Positions 26,655-41,656 of a DNA stretch of 64,000 bases are shown here, piece after piece. The stretch comes from Eledone cirrhosa. Taxonomy: Eukaryota. The notes under the pieces are model-generated. The model worked only from the letters and a program-made list of their open reading frames with translations, was not told the DNA's origin and made no database searches. Each line of letters starts with the position of its first letter. The stretch's first letter is position 1. Position numbers and translations under genes: made by a program. The stretch covers positions 15,376,001 through 15,440,000 of the forward strand of contig OZ024753.1 in NCBI GenBank assembly GCA_964016885.1, read 5' to 3'.

Positions 26655-27030
26655 CTAAGATGCTTCCACAGGCTGTATGCCGATTGAGCACTCTATGCTC
26701 TTACAGAGCAGAGTATGATAGAATAGAAAACGAAAAGTCAATGATGCATCTGAACTCAATTTACTCTGTGTTACAATTGTTTCGCTGGCGGACAGCTCGA
26801 GACGCGATCTTTGTGTGGATCTGTCTGATTCTGGATCTGCAGGGTCGACGGACACGTCTAATGATTTCGGAGCATATTCTTCCATCATTAGACGTGTCCG
26901 TCGAAACTGCGGGTCTAGAATCAGACAGATCCACACAATGATCGCGTCTCGAGCTGTCCGCCAGCGAAACAATTGTAACACACAGTAAATTGAGTTCAGA
27001 TACATCATTGATTTTTCGTTTTCTATTTTA
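26655..27030. mobile_element. HHR module family B, fold-back pair (core decayed to CCGTCGA)
   Basis: ~150-bp inverted arms, each GTGT-CCGTCGA...GAAA-CAATTG-TA-ACAC. The terminus is shared with 37928-38005. Confidence 0.7.
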
Positions 27031-27226
27031 TATATATATGCAAACAGCACGGACACTCTATCTCAAAATTATTTTTGAAAAGCATTTAGAAATGCGCAAC
27101 CGGTAAAAACTTAAAAACTTAAAACCACAACTGAATACTAACCCATACAATCACTAATACTCTTTTATTCCTAATTAAACCATTTTTCAACTGTGAACAA
27201 TTTGTCAGCATTTTCTATTCCGTTTA

Positions 27227-27317
<91 letters not shown>

Positions 27318-27387
27318 GAAGTATTTCCGTCGGCAAGGTACAGGAAAAAAAGCGTACTCTGTGTAGGCTACAGAGCTTATTAGTTAT

Positions 27388-27660
27388 GTAATAAACAACA
27401 TAAGATAATTATTTCATTTACCAGTGGTTTCTTGAAGATAGATATTTATATGTCTTCAGTAGTCAGAATGAATAAATAACATGGTATTTTTATTAAATAT
27501 GGATTTGAAAAATCCATATTTAAATCCATATTTATTTTCAAATCCATATTTCATAAAAACACCATGTTATTTATTCATTCTGACGACTGAAGACAGATAT
27601 AAATATCTGTCTTCAAGAAACCACTGGTAAATGAAATAATTATCTTATGTTGTTTATTAC
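27388..27660. mobile_element. Fold-back pair of hammerheads (intact + strand HHR at 27574-27635)
   Basis: TTCATT-CTGACGA-C-TGAAGACAGATAT-AA-ATATCTGTCTTCA-A-GAAA-CCACTGG-TA-AATGAA, mirrored at 27413-27472. A related pair lies at 28074-28240. Confidence 0.85.
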
Positions 27661-27939
27661 CTATATATATATATAGGTATATATATAGTGAATATATATT
27701 AGGCTTCTACATAAACAGGAAACATTCTCCCAACTTGTAGAAAACTTATAATGAAACAATTGTTTGGAATACTTTAACTTTAATTATATCTCATAAAATA
27801 ATACAACTGGTTTTTCCACATTATACATATTGTTAGCACCCCAAACACTTAAATTGGGTTTATATTTAAATATAACCTAATGTTTGTTGAGTGAGATGGT
27901 TACCAGTCAGAGTTTAGCTTTAAACTATCTCTATTATTG

Positions 27940-27975
<36 letters not shown>

Positions 27976-28655
27976 GGAGAATAAAATTAAATCACGAATG
28001 GGAGTAGAGATACACCATAAAGGTCAATAATATTTATACAATACTAATAATCGATGCTATATATATTTATATATTACATAATAAACAACACAATATAATT
28101 TTTCCATTATACCAAAGGTTTCAGGAGACTAGACGATCTTAACAGAAACGTCCGATACGCTTATCAGATGAAATATTTCATGAAAGTTTCCTGAAACCTT
28201 TGGTAATGGAATAATGAAATTGTGTTGTTTATTATGTAATGAAATAGCTCTGTACTACACATAGAGCACTCTTCTTTCCTTTAACTTTTCTACGAAAATA
28301 CATAACACATACATACACACACATATATATATTTATAAATTAATTAATATATATATATTAATTAATTAACATATATATATATATAAATTAATACATATAT
28401 ATTAATTAATTAACATTATATATAGACCATAGTTACGGCCCTTTACAGTCTGAGTTCAAATCCCGCCGAGGTTAACTTTGCCATTCATCCTTACGGGGTC
28501 GATAAAATAAAGTACCAGTAATGTACTGGTATAATTGCTGGCCTCGTGCCAAAAGTAGAAACAAGTAAATATATATATATAGGTTAACTTTACTTTTCAT
28601 CCTTCGATAAAATAAAGTACTGGGTAATTGCTGGCCTTGTGCCAAAAGTAGAAAC

Positions 28656-28709
<54 letters not shown>

Positions 28710-29139
28710 CTACAACATACCCGGTCAGGCTAAGAACGAAAGACTTGCTGAAGAAGTAAATCCTATGTTCTGTCGTCAAAATCCATTATATTGCAGACTC
28801 CTGCAATAGGAATTTGTCGATCTTGGATTTGCAGAAACTTAGCGCTGATGTTGGATGCTATATGTGATGTATATTATTGATATACGATATAAGTTACATA
28901 TTTTGCACTCAGCCTCACCGCTATGTCCGGGTCAGTATAAAATATTTTCCTGGGTCCTTTATTTTCGTTGCTCTAGTGATGCGGCTGGACTGCCGAGCGC
29001 TATATCTGATTTGCTAAGCTGTCTGAACGTAATGTTATTACTCTGGGGTCTTTCCTCATCTGAGTGCTCAAGCTACAGACCGATTATGCAGATACGCTAG
29101 CTTGGCCGTATTCTAAAGCTTCGTCAACGCTGTACTAAA

Positions 29140-29182
<43 letters not shown>

Positions 29183-29554
29183 TAAATTAATTAATTAATG
29201 TATATATATTAATTAATTAACATATATATATTAATTAATTAAAATACAATTAGTCTCTAATACTTAAACATCTCAAAGATTGGATAAAATATATAGATAA
29301 GATATCACTCGGAGAAGAAATATTACATATTAAACTTAAGCCAGAAAAACTGTGTTTAGGGGAGTATAAGCCAGGCAGACTAAAATAAGTTAGTCTCACT
29401 CATATAAACATATCTCGACCATGGTCACACGGAAGAAACAAGAGGTTATTACAAATTATTGGTATGAACAATACTGGAAGAAACTGTGATTCTCTTCAGA
29501 CGAGTAATCTTTGCAATAAGAGCATACATTGATCATGCATTGGTTCGCAGAGAG

Positions 29555-31197
29555 TATGTTGATAAATAACCTCATTTGGCCATTCCATGAGAGTATCTTG
29601 GTCAGCCTATGAAGGAGTGATGCTAGAGCTCTGAAATCTTGCATGTATTAATTGTAACTCTTATTGATAAGTACATTGTTTCTTTCCAGGGACTATGTTG
29701 AGAAATAACCTCATTTGGCCATTCCATGAGAGTATCTTGGTCAGCCTATGAAGGAGTGATGCTAGAGCTCTGAAATCTTGCATGCATTAATTGTAACTCT
29801 TATTGATAAGTACATTGTTTCTTTCCAGGGACTATGTTGAGAAATAACCTCATTTGGCCATTCCATGAGAGTATCTTGGTCAGCCCATGAAGGAGTGATG
29901 CTAGAGCTCTGAAATCTTGCATGCATTAATTGTAACTCTTCTTGATAAGTACATTGTTTCTTTCCAGGAACTATGTTGAGAAATAACCTCATTTGGCCAT
30001 TCCATGAGAGTATCTTGGTCAGCCTATGAAGGAGTGATGCTAGAGCTCTGAAATCTTGCATGCATTAATTGTAACTCTTATTGATAAGTACATTGTTTCT
30101 TTCCAGGGACTATGTTGAGACATAACCTCATTTGGCCATTCCATGAGAGTATCTTGGTCAGCCTATGAAGGAGTGGTGCTAGAGCTCTGAAATCTTGCAT
30201 GCATTAATTGTAACTCTTCTTGATAAGTACATTGTTTCTTTCCAGGGACTATGTTGATAAATAACCTCATTTGGCCATTCCATGAGAGTATCTTGGTCAG
30301 CCTATGAAGGAGTGATGTTAGAGCTCTGAAATCTTGCATGCATTAATTGTAACTCTTCTTGATAAGTACATTGTTTCTTTCCAGGGACTATGTTGATAAA
30401 TAACCTCATTTGGCCATTCCATGAGAGTATCTTGGTCAGCCTATGAAGGAGTGATGCTTGAGCTCTGAAATCTTGCATGCATTAATTGTAACTCTTCTTG
30501 ATAAGTACATTGTTTCTTTCCAGGGACTATGTTGAGAAATAACCTCATTTGGCCATTCCATGAGAGTATCTTGTTCAGCCTATGACGGAGTGGTGCTAGA
30601 GCTCTGAAATCTTGCATGCATTAATTGTAACTCTTCTTGATAAGTACATTGTTTCTTTCCAGGAACTATGTTGAGAAATAACCTCATTTGGCCATTCCAT
30701 GAGAGTATCTTGGTCAGTCTATAACGGAGTGATGCTAGAGCTCTGAAATCTTGCATGCATTAATTGTAACTCTTCTTGATAAGTACATTGTTTCTTTCCA
30801 GGGACTATGTTGAGAAATAACCTCATTTGGCCATTCCATGAGAGTATCTTGGTCAGTCTATAACGGAGTGATGCTAGAGCTCTGAAATCTTGCATGCATT
30901 AATTGTAACTCTTCTTGATAAGTACATTGTTTCTTTCCAGGGACTATGTTGAGAAATAACCTCATTTGGCCATTCCATGAGAGTATCTTGGTCAGCCTAT
31001 GAAGGAGTGATGCTAGAGCTCTGAAATCTTGCATGCATTAATTGTAACTCTTCTTGATAAGTACATTGTTTCTTTCCAGGAACTATGTTGAGAAATAACC
31101 TCATTTGGCCATTCTATGAGAGTATCTTGGTCAGTCTATGACGGAGTGGTGCTAGAGCTCTGAAATCTTGCATGCATTAACTTCAACTCTTATTAAT
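29555..31197. repeat. 139-bp tandem satellite, about 11.8 units
   Basis: GCATG(C/T)ATTAA recurs at 29641, 29780, 29919 ... 31170. Confidence 0.97.
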
Positions 31198-31798
31198 AAC
31201 TGCACTGTTTCTTTTCTGGCCAACACAACTCTCTGGCCACCACCACCACACCACACCACACCATCACCATCATCATCATGACAATCATCAATACACTCTT
31301 GTCCTGGTTATTTTTATTGTTACTTCTTTGGTTTTTTTTCTTTTTTTTTCCTAATTTTCTGGCTGTCACCACCCCACTATCCAACACCACCCCATCCCAT
31401 CTCCACCCAACACCACCCCATCCTATCTCCACCCAACACCACCCCATCCCATCTCCACCCGCCCACTTTCTACACTACACTAACATTGCCATTAACGTAC
31501 ACTAAACTAATGGGAACATTACTGAAGAAGAAGAAGACGAAGACGAAGAAGAAGAAGAAGAAGAAGAAGAAGAAGAAGAAGGTGGTGGAGGTGGAGGAGG
31601 CGGTGATAAGGTGATAAGACCATCTGTGAAGCAGTGAAATCTTTGGTAAACTTTTAGATGTAAAAGTGCAAATGTAGATTTGCCAACTCCCAGGAATGTC
31701 ACAGCCACTCCATCAGAAACGGGTCGATTAATCTCACATAAAGCTGCTACCTTCTTCCTTAGATTCCACTTACTATATATACTTATTGATTCTTCTAA

Positions 31799-31834
<36 letters not shown>

Positions 31835-31946
31835 GGTAAATGTTTAACCCCGACGGCAGAGCTCAAGCCGTTTCGACGGCTATTTCTGGACTATTGAGTA
31901 CGCTGGTGCTTTATGGTCCATCTGGTTCCTTACCACACCTCCTTCG

Positions 31947-31981
<35 letters not shown>

Positions 31982-32151
31982 AAAAGAGTCAGGACCCCGA
32001 CGGCTGGGCTCCGGCCGTTTCGACAGCTAGATCCGAACATATATATACATTGACACAACCGCTCTATCGAGTGCTATATGATTGCCTCAAACACATCGAG
32101 TAGTAGCTGCTATATGTCAGCTACAACTTCCATTAATACATAATATTATAT

Positions 32152-32331
32152 ATTGGCAGTATCGGTACAGGGTCGGACGCCATGCTTTCCAGCATAGTTA
32201 CGTCCCTTTACGATTTGAGTTCAAATCCCGCCGAGGTTGACTTTGTCTTTCATCCTTACGGGGTCGATAAAATAAAGTACCAGTAATGCACTGGGTAATT
32301 GCTGGCCTTGTGCCTAAAGTAGAAACAATTA
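32152..32331 (+). mobile_element. SINE family 1
   Basis: Matches the family consensus. Confidence 0.9.
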
Positions 32332-32374
32332 TATTATATCATATATATATATATATATATATATCGTAAGGTGC

Positions 32375-32413
<39 letters not shown>

Positions 32414-32421
32414 TAAGGTGC

Positions 32422-32462
<41 letters not shown>

Positions 32463-32470
32463 TAAGGTAC

Positions 32471-32513
<43 letters not shown>

Positions 32514-33199
32514 TAAGGTGTATTATTGGTTGTGTCAAACGGTCCAACAAATTTTTTTTAGCCATATTAAGTTCTCCACGCTTTTGTATATCTCCAATTC
32601 CATTTATGGGAACAGCTAGATGATGCAAAACGGAGTATTTGTATCAAAATAAAGATCCGAAGGCATGGTATAAATTTCCAATCATTTTAATCGCGATACA
32701 TGTTTCAATAAGAGATAGAACGATCGTGTAGCCATGAGCGATTATCACTGATCTCGTCAGGTGAAAATGAATTGTCTTCAAATCCTTGATATGAGGGAGA
32801 AAATTAACGGTGTTCACTCACAGAGTTTAGTCCCTCATATGAAGATCAAGCAGTCAAAACACGGCTACTGCAATCGACCTCAGTTAGGGTCATAAAAATA
32901 TCAAGTCTCTCTATCTCCCAATAGCTGTAAAAGTGGCTGGACATCAATCAAATCCGTAGAATTACAGTCGGTCACAGTTAATGTGAGTGGGTACTCACAC
33001 ACTCACACACACACGACGTGAATTCAAAGAAAAATATATATAAACATATACCAGCATAGCATCAAATCTGTAGAACTATAGACGGTCACAGTTAGTGTGA
33101 GTGAGTACACACACACTCACACACACCGACACGAGGTCAAAGAAAAAATATAAATATACCAACATAGTATTCATATATATATAAATATATATATATATA

Positions 33200-33362
33200 T
33201 ATCACATAAGAAATGGGGAATCAGTGTTGTGTCGAATTAAATATTTATTAGGCATATTACAATCGTTTCTCTGGCGACCAGCTCGAGGCACGATCGATGT
33301 AATGATCGAACCTGACTCAGAAATCGCAAGGTCATCAGGTACGTCTCGATTGTTCGAAGCAG

Positions 33363-33403
<41 letters not shown>

Positions 33404-33487
33404 GCTTCGAACAATCGAGACGTACCTGATGACCTTGCGATTTCTGAGTCAGATTCGATCATTACATCGATCGTGCTTCAAGCTGGT
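33200..33487. mobile_element. HHR module family B, inverted pair around (TA)n (HHR 33253-33343, minus strand)
   Basis: CGTAC-CTGATGA-[~62 nt]-GAAA-CGATTG-TA-ATATG; partial mirror at 33400-33487. Confidence 0.8.
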
Positions 33488-33534
33488 ACTCTACTAATGC
33501 TTGTACTAATGCTTGTACTCTACTAATGCACTAC

Positions 33535-34174
<640 letters not shown>

Positions 34175-34467
34175 ATTTCATCTTTATGTTAAGTTTTAGA
34201 AATTTTGTTTATACTATACCGTTAAGGTATCTTTTCTTGGTTATGTCAACATTTATAAAACAAACTTTGTATTTCATCTGATGAGAGCGTACCAAAGTTT
34301 TGGTACCCTTGAAATATATATAATAGAATAAATATGGTTTTATAAATATAGTTTCCATTTATTTAATATCATTGAATATTATACTCCAGAAAAAACTGTC
34401 GAGTGCTCTGAATCAGTTATAATCATTTGTATTTGTTGAATTACCAACAAATTGAATACCCCTTTTG

Positions 34468-34513
<46 letters not shown>

Positions 34514-34787
34514 CTATTGTTAATGGCTGTATGCCCTCTAGGATATATTTTATACACGATGTCTTTACCAATTATCTTGTGTGTTCCCTCTGGTTCTGAA
34601 ATTTTAGCTCCTTTGCACTGAGGGTCAGGAAATCGGTGGACAAACATTTTTGTATATACTCACATCTTGACTATATATATATATTATTATTATTATTATT
34701 ATTATTATTACAAAGTACCAGTAATACGCTGGGATATTTGCTGGCCTTGTGCCAAAAGTAGAAACAATTATTATTATTATTATTATT

Positions 34788-34977
34788 GGCGGTGGATTGG
34801 CAGTATCGGTAGAGGGTCAGACGCCATGCTTTGCAGCAAAGAGTTACGGCCTTTTATGGTTTGAATTCAAATCCCGCCAAGGTTAACTTTGCCTTTCATC
34901 CTTACGGGGTCGATCAAATAAAGTACCAGTAATGTACTGGGTAATTGCTGGCCTTGTGCCAAAAGTAGAAACAATTA
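34788..34977 (+). mobile_element. SINE family 1, full length
   Basis: GGCGGTGGATTGGCAGTATCGG ... GTAGAAACAATTA. Confidence 0.92.
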
Positions 34978-35059
34978 TTGTTAGAATTGAGCTTCGTCAT
35001 AGCTGTTAACATACAATGTATGTATACAGCTATATGGAAGCTAAATTCTAATTGTATTT

Positions 35060-35305
35060 TAAGTTGAGCCAACTTATACAGCTTCGTATGCAAATGAGGT
35101 TAATCAGCCCATTTACACAGACCAAATAACTATAAATTTTCGTCTGTCTTAAAGTCCAGCAATAGGAAGAGAGAAGCATTGTCCTGATGAGGACCATTTA
35201 AGTCCGAAATGCTTAGAGAATTATCATCCCTCTTGCTTCTGATGGATTCCGCTAGACGACGCCGGCCGTCAGCCTTCTATTCATAGCTGAGGCTTTCAAA
35301 ATGTT
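35060..35305 (+). mobile_element. HHR module family F with an Oct / PSE-like / TATA cassette (HHR 35178-35221)
   Basis: ATGCAAAT 35088, TCAGCCC 35104, TATAAA 35131, then ATTGTC-CTGATGA-GGAC-CATTTAA-GTCC-GAAA-TGCT-TA-GAGAAT. Homologous to 61129-61385. Confidence 0.8.
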
Positions 35306-36799
35306 TATTTGTTAAACATACCATATACCTTTATATGTACGAAATTCACAAACATACGTATAGTTATATATAAAAAATAATCAACATCTTGAGGCAGACT
35401 GAAAGTCAAGTAAAGATTGTAAATATCTTTATAAGAATTTTTATATTATATTAAGTTATATATTATGAAAGAATAAAAGTTTATATTCAGACATTATCTG
35501 TACAAGCTAGCGCAGAATTATATGGTCATTTGTTTTTAAAATATAACCTTTTGAATTATATGTGTGTTTGTGTGTGTGTGTGTGGGGGGGGGTATTGTCG
35601 TGTGGGCATTTATATGTATGTATGAATTTATTTATGTATTGATGTATTGATGTATGTATGATGTATGTATATTTGTATTTATGTATGATGTATGTATATA
35701 TGTATTTATGTAAGTATGTATATAAGTGCGTATGTATGTATGCATATATGTATGTATGCATGTACATATGTATGTATGATGTATGTATATATGTAAGATG
35801 TATGTATGTATATATGTATGATGTATGTATGCATTACCTATGTATGAAAGTATGATGTATGTCTGTATATATGCATGTATATATGCATATATGTATGTAT
35901 GCATGTACATAAGTATGAATGATTTATGTACGTATGTATGTATGTACGCATTACGTAAGTATGATTGATGTATGCATTATGTATGTACGATGTATATACG
36001 TATGTATGTACGTATTTACGTAAGCACGTATATATTTACATACATACGTATGTACGTACGTATGTATGTATGTATGCATCTATGTATATATTCACCAAGT
36101 TAACCAACCTAACCGAAGCTCCTTTTCCACAGCACCAAGTAATTCTTACTATAACTAGCTGCCTTCAGCATTATTTGTTCTAAGTATAATGTCAAGATAA
36201 TGTATCTATTTACGAACATCCAACCTTTTGTCTCAGTCTATGAGTATGTAGTCGTAGTATTTCACACGTCATTGCAGTTGCTAACCTTTGCAATACTTCA
36301 AGAACAGGTGAAACTCTTGTTTTACATATATCTTACCTATGCCAGTATGGTGAAGGTGCTTGCCTTGGTGGTTACAGCAGAGAGCACCCAACCAATACAG
36401 GTTCGGCTTGGCAGCAGTCACATCGCAACTGATGTCTACAGCTGAGTGAACTGGAGCAACGTGTGAAATAAAGTGCTGTCAAAGGGGAGCACCCACCACC
36501 CCTTCATCGAACAAATGGACCAGTCGTTGTCGAAACATTAATATAAAAATAAAAAATAAAAAAATAATATATATATATATAAAAAAAGGATCGATCGACT
36601 TTCGTTAAATCGGACGGAGGAAATAATGTTTTCGTCGGTCTTTCCAGTTGCTAATACTATCTACCGGTCGCAACTCCAGGTAGAAGGAGCAACGTGAAAT
36701 ACAGTGTCTTGCTCAAGGACATAACACTTCGCCCGGTCAAGAAACCGAACTCACAGTCACAAGGTTGTGAATCCAAACCTCTAACCATTAAGCCACACA

Positions 36800-36950
<151 letters not shown>

Positions 36951-36974
36951 CATATATATATATATTTTTTTTTT

Positions 36975-37610
36975 ATACAATATATTAATAAATGGAAACT
37001 ATATTTATAAAACCATATTTATTTTATTATATATATTTCAAGGGCAACCAAGGAAAATTATGGTGCGCTTTCATCAGATAAAATACATATTTGTTTTATA
37101 AATAAATATTCACATACCCGGAAAAAAGACAACCGTAATGGTTGGAGCTTCCTGGATAGTGGAGATAATATTTTATTGAGGGTAATACAAAGTTATGAGT
37201 GAGTTATGCAAATGAGTGAGTATGCAAATAATTTGCCTTGGTTACCCTTGAAATATATATAATAAAATAAATATGGTTTTATAAATATAGTTTCCATTTA
37301 TTAATATATTGTGTATTTGGGGCGATGGATTGGCAGTATCGGTAGAGGGTCGGACGTCATGCTTTCCAGCATAGTTACGTCCCTTTACGATCTGAGTTCA
37401 AATCCCGCCGAGGTTGACTTTGCCTTTCATCCTTACGGGGTCGATAAAATAAAGTACCAGTAATGCACTGGGTAATTGCTCGCATTGTGCCTAAAGTAGA
37501 AACAATTAATATATTGTGTATTATCTCCACTAATTTGTTGAGTGCTTTATATCAGTTATAAAAAGTTTTCAGCTTGTTGAATCCCAACAAATTAAATATA
37601 ACCTCTGCAT
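36975..37610. mobile_element. Family A module with 5' inversion (HHR 37021-37084, minus strand), interrupted by a SINE at 37320-37507
   Basis: Inverted HHR arm, then a plus-strand copy restarting in loop II. SINE TSD TTAATATATTGTGTATT. Confidence 0.75.
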
Positions 37611-37927
37611 ATATATATAACAAAGGAATTGTGGTAAGTAACCAGATGGACCATAACGCACCAGAGTACTCAATACTTAGGGTAGTAGAGTGGGAAATAG
37701 GAAAAAGTATGACCCCGACGGCAGAGGTCAAGCCGTCTCATGACTATCTTTTTCCTAAATATATATATACATTCACTTATAACTCTCTCTCTCCACCACC
37801 GGATATTGTTACCCGGAGATTTACCCATCTGCATTGTTGAGGGTTCCAAAACGACCTAAAGAAATATACCTTATTATTCCACAATGCTTCAAGCAAACCT
37901 CAATACTCTCTTATATATATATATATA

Positions 37928-38336
37928 ATTGGTGTTGGATGCTTAAAGCGTCCGTATGCGGTAGGCCGTATGAGCACTCGATGCTCTCGTAGAGCAGAGT
38001 ATGATATCACAGAAAAAAAGAGAATCAGTGTTGCGACGAATGGAATTTATTGGACATATTACAATTGTTTCTCTGGCGACCAGCTCGAGGCAGGATCGAT
38101 GTGATGATCGAACCTGACTCTGAAAATCGTAATGTCCTCAGATACGTCTTGATTCTACGAAGTAAAAGGACATAGGAGAATCTGCTTCGTAGAATCAAGA
38201 CGTATCTGAGGACCTTGCGATTTTCAGAGTCAGGTTCGATCATCACATCGATCGTGCCTAGAACTGGTCGCCAGAGAAACGATTGTAATATGTCCAATAA
38301 ATTCCATTCGTCGCAACAATGATTCTCTTTTTTTCT

Positions 38337-38344
<8 letters not shown>
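37928..38344. mobile_element. HHR module family B, fold-back pair (HHRs 38054-38146 minus and 38201-38292 plus)
   Basis: CGTAT-CTGAGGA-[63 nt]-GAAA-CGATTG-TA-ATATG; ~160-bp arms; (TA)n on both sides. Confidence 0.85.
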
Positions 38345-38409
<65 letters not shown>

Positions 38410-38764
38410 GGGCCTCAAATTCCATAGAGCTTAAGGTCTCAGCAGGTGAAATACCGGAAGTCCGGAGCTGCTCCCGAGTTAGAGATCTCTACGAAATTAC
38501 TTCAGTATGTTTCATTAAAATAACCTCAGATTCACCCAAGTCGTGGAACTGCGCATCTGTAGGACTAACAAACGAGTCTAGTAATTTTACACACTGTGAC
38601 ACGCGACATGAGAATTACATTAAAGTTACACGTGTTTGTGGCAGATTCAACCACAATATACAAACCTGTAATTTAAAGCTATAAACCTGTCATACACTGT
38701 GTCATGATAGATCTCCCTGAGTACAAGTGTTAAGAGTACAAGTGCCCTTAAGTGCCCTTAAGAA

Positions 38765-39662
38765 TGAAATGCAAAGCTAACAGCGGCGGGATTTCAATTC
38801 AGATCGTAAAGGGCTATAACTATATAACACAAAACATGTCCGACGCTCTACCGATTCTATGAATCTACAGCCCTTAATACTGATTATTGATTTAGCCACG
38901 AGGCCTATAGTGAAGAGGGAAAGTCCATTAAATCAACCCCAGTGTATTACTGGTACGTTAGTTTTTTTCCACCACGTAAGGAAGGCAAATCTAACCTCGG
39001 TGGGATTTGATCTTAGAACGTAAGGGGCCGCAACACTATACCGTAAAGCATGCTGTCCGACGTTCAAATGATTCTACTGCCAATCCACCGCCTTTCCACT
39101 CCAATACATATAATAAGGATTTCTGACTTTGGCACAAAACCTACAATGTTGAGGGAAGGGGAAAGTCGATTAATTCAACTCCAATGTATTACCGGTACTT
39201 CATTTTATCGACCTTGAAAGGAAGAGAAGCAAAGCTAATCTTGACGGGACTTGAATTCGGACGTAAAGACTGTAACTTTATGCCGCAAGACATGTTGACC
39301 GACGCTCTACCGATACTGCCAATCCTTCTAACATATAATTGTGTCTACTTTTCGCAAAAGGCCAGCAATTACCCCAGTACATTACGGGTACTTTATTTTA
39401 TCGACCCCGTAAGGATGAAAGGCAAAGTTGAGTTCGACGGGATTTGAACTCAGACCGTAAAGGGACGTAACTATGCTGGAAAGGATGACGTCTGACCCTC
39501 TACCGATACTGCCAATTCACCGCTCTATATATGTTATGCATATATAATTGTTTCTACTTTTGGCACAAGGCCAGAAATTATCCCAGTGTATTACTGGTAC
39601 TTTATTTTATCGACCCCGTAGGGATGAAAGGTAAAGTTAACCTCGGCGGGATTTGAACTCAG
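38765..39662 (-). mobile_element. Cluster of about 5 SINE family 1 copies of different ages
   Basis: Successive reverse-complement consensus matches. Confidence 0.85.
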
Positions 39663-39920
39663 ACCATCTTATATAATGGACTGTCAACGGAGATATCAAG
39701 AAACACTGTCAAATATAATGTTTCCACATCCTACATTATATCTGTGTCAGTATATTTGATAGGAGATAAAACAACTGCTTTACTACTTACATTGTGTCAA
39801 ACACTACAACACAGCGTTTCTCATTCATTATATATATGTGTGTGTGTGTGTGTATGTTGTAAATATAATGTATATATATATATATATATATACATCGACA
39901 TATATATATATTCATTTATA

Positions 39921-39971
<51 letters not shown>

Positions 39972-39974
<3 letters not shown>

Positions 39975-40177
39975 TAAGAGGAATTTCAACTTTGTCTGAT
40001 TTACTCGTTTTATTTACAATCCGAAGATTGCGAAAGCATGTGAGTACTTGTTCAATTAACACTTAGAATTTAATATTCTATCATACTATTTCATTATAAT
40101 ACCATTATATTATATATATTTTAAAGGATTGTAAATAAAACGAGTAAATCAGACAAAGTTGGAATTCCTCTTATTAA
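39972..40177. mobile_element. ~205-bp element with ~51-bp terminal inverted repeats
   Basis: TAATAAGAGGAATTTCAACTTTGTCTGATTTACTCGTTTTATTTACAATCC and its reverse complement at 40126-40176. Confidence 0.7.
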
Positions 40178-41127
40178 TATAATCTTCTATACACAATCAT
40201 ACACACCCGTGTATATTTACCTATCTATATCTCTCTCTCTATATATATATATAAATATTTATGTGTGTGTGTGCGTGTGTTATAAATATAATGTATATAT
40301 ATATATATATTCATATATATATATATATGTATTTACATAACCATAAATAATATAACTAATACTATATATATATATATACATCTACATATATATATATATT
40401 TATATCAATATATATATATATGTGTGTGTGTGTGTGCGTCCGTGCGTGTGTTGTAAATATAATGTATATATATATATATATATACATCTACATATATATA
40501 TTCATATGTATGTATATATATATATATGTGTGTGTGTGTCTAGGTTGTTAGAGAGAAATTGGATATTCGTTATATATGTATATATGTATATATGTATATA
40601 TATCCTCTAGTTCCTTATATAACAAACTATACTACGAATATAAAAGTTATTGGCAATTCACAACGTATAGTGAACGCCAAAATGTGTTATACAGTTTTCT
40701 TCCAATAAACAAGTCAGCCCAGATAAGACTGTGGAAACTTTAAAATGATCTCTAATGACGAAATCAGACTGATATTAAGGGAAGATAAACTATCTCTATA
40801 AAATATTTCAACGCAGTTTATTTACATAATGGTACTAAAGTCTACAGAAACTGAAACTATGTCATATTTGATTTACTAAAGCTTTTCTTTAGTGTATTAA
40901 TTTATTTATTGGAAAATTCACTTTATTTAATCGAGTCTATACAAAATTGCTTGTTTTCACATTGTCAAATGACGCGTAAGACCATCTGGAAAATTGACTT
41001 TACTTTTTAGTTTTAAAAGAAATTGAAAGAGTAGTATGGAGTTGGCCATCTGCAAGAATGATCCCCAATAATGGGATTAGCTTCTTCAGTATATCTATCA
41101 CGTTATCCTCTGGGGTAAGGCTTTTGC

Positions 41128-41385
41128 AATCATACACAAACCGCCAGCACCAACAGTTTTGCAAGAGATGTCAACATGAATGGACCTGTTATTTTTTATC
41201 TAAAGACATTTTTTTCAATTCCAACCCGCCCGTCCCCTCAATCTATCTTGTTTCTCATTCTTTCTTCTGATGAAGGACTAGCGTCCGAAACGTTAAGACC
41301 CTCTTGCTGCTATATCGAGCGTTAACCTATTATATCCATTCCATATAATGTACCGATTGTGTTGTTATTTCTGTTTACCTTTTGC
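41128..41385 (+). mobile_element. HHR module family G (HHR 41263-41298)
   Basis: TCTT-CTGATGA-A-GGAC-TAGC-GTCC-GAAAC-GTT-AAGA. Homologues at 49920-50180(+) and 20255-20400(-). Confidence 0.8.
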
Positions 41386-41656
41386 ATATATATATGTATA
41401 TATATATAATTGAGTAAAATGACTGGAGGCCGGAGTGGTGAAATGCCTGGAAAGATTTATTATAACAAACCCTATGTACGTTTCAATGACCAGGTTCCGT
41501 AGGATCCTGGTGACATCGCACCACCAACAAGATTCAACATAAACGAAGAGATGGATGAGTTGCATACCGTCGAGTGTTTTTCCTAATATTACATCACGGA
41601 TTGACCAGTTCTATCCAGTGATGAATCAACAAACCTAAATGAATATATATATATAT

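Noticed and set aside
29456-30061. Coding tandem repeat in the 139-bp array
   Set aside because: The unit length is not a multiple of 3 and the frames hit stops.
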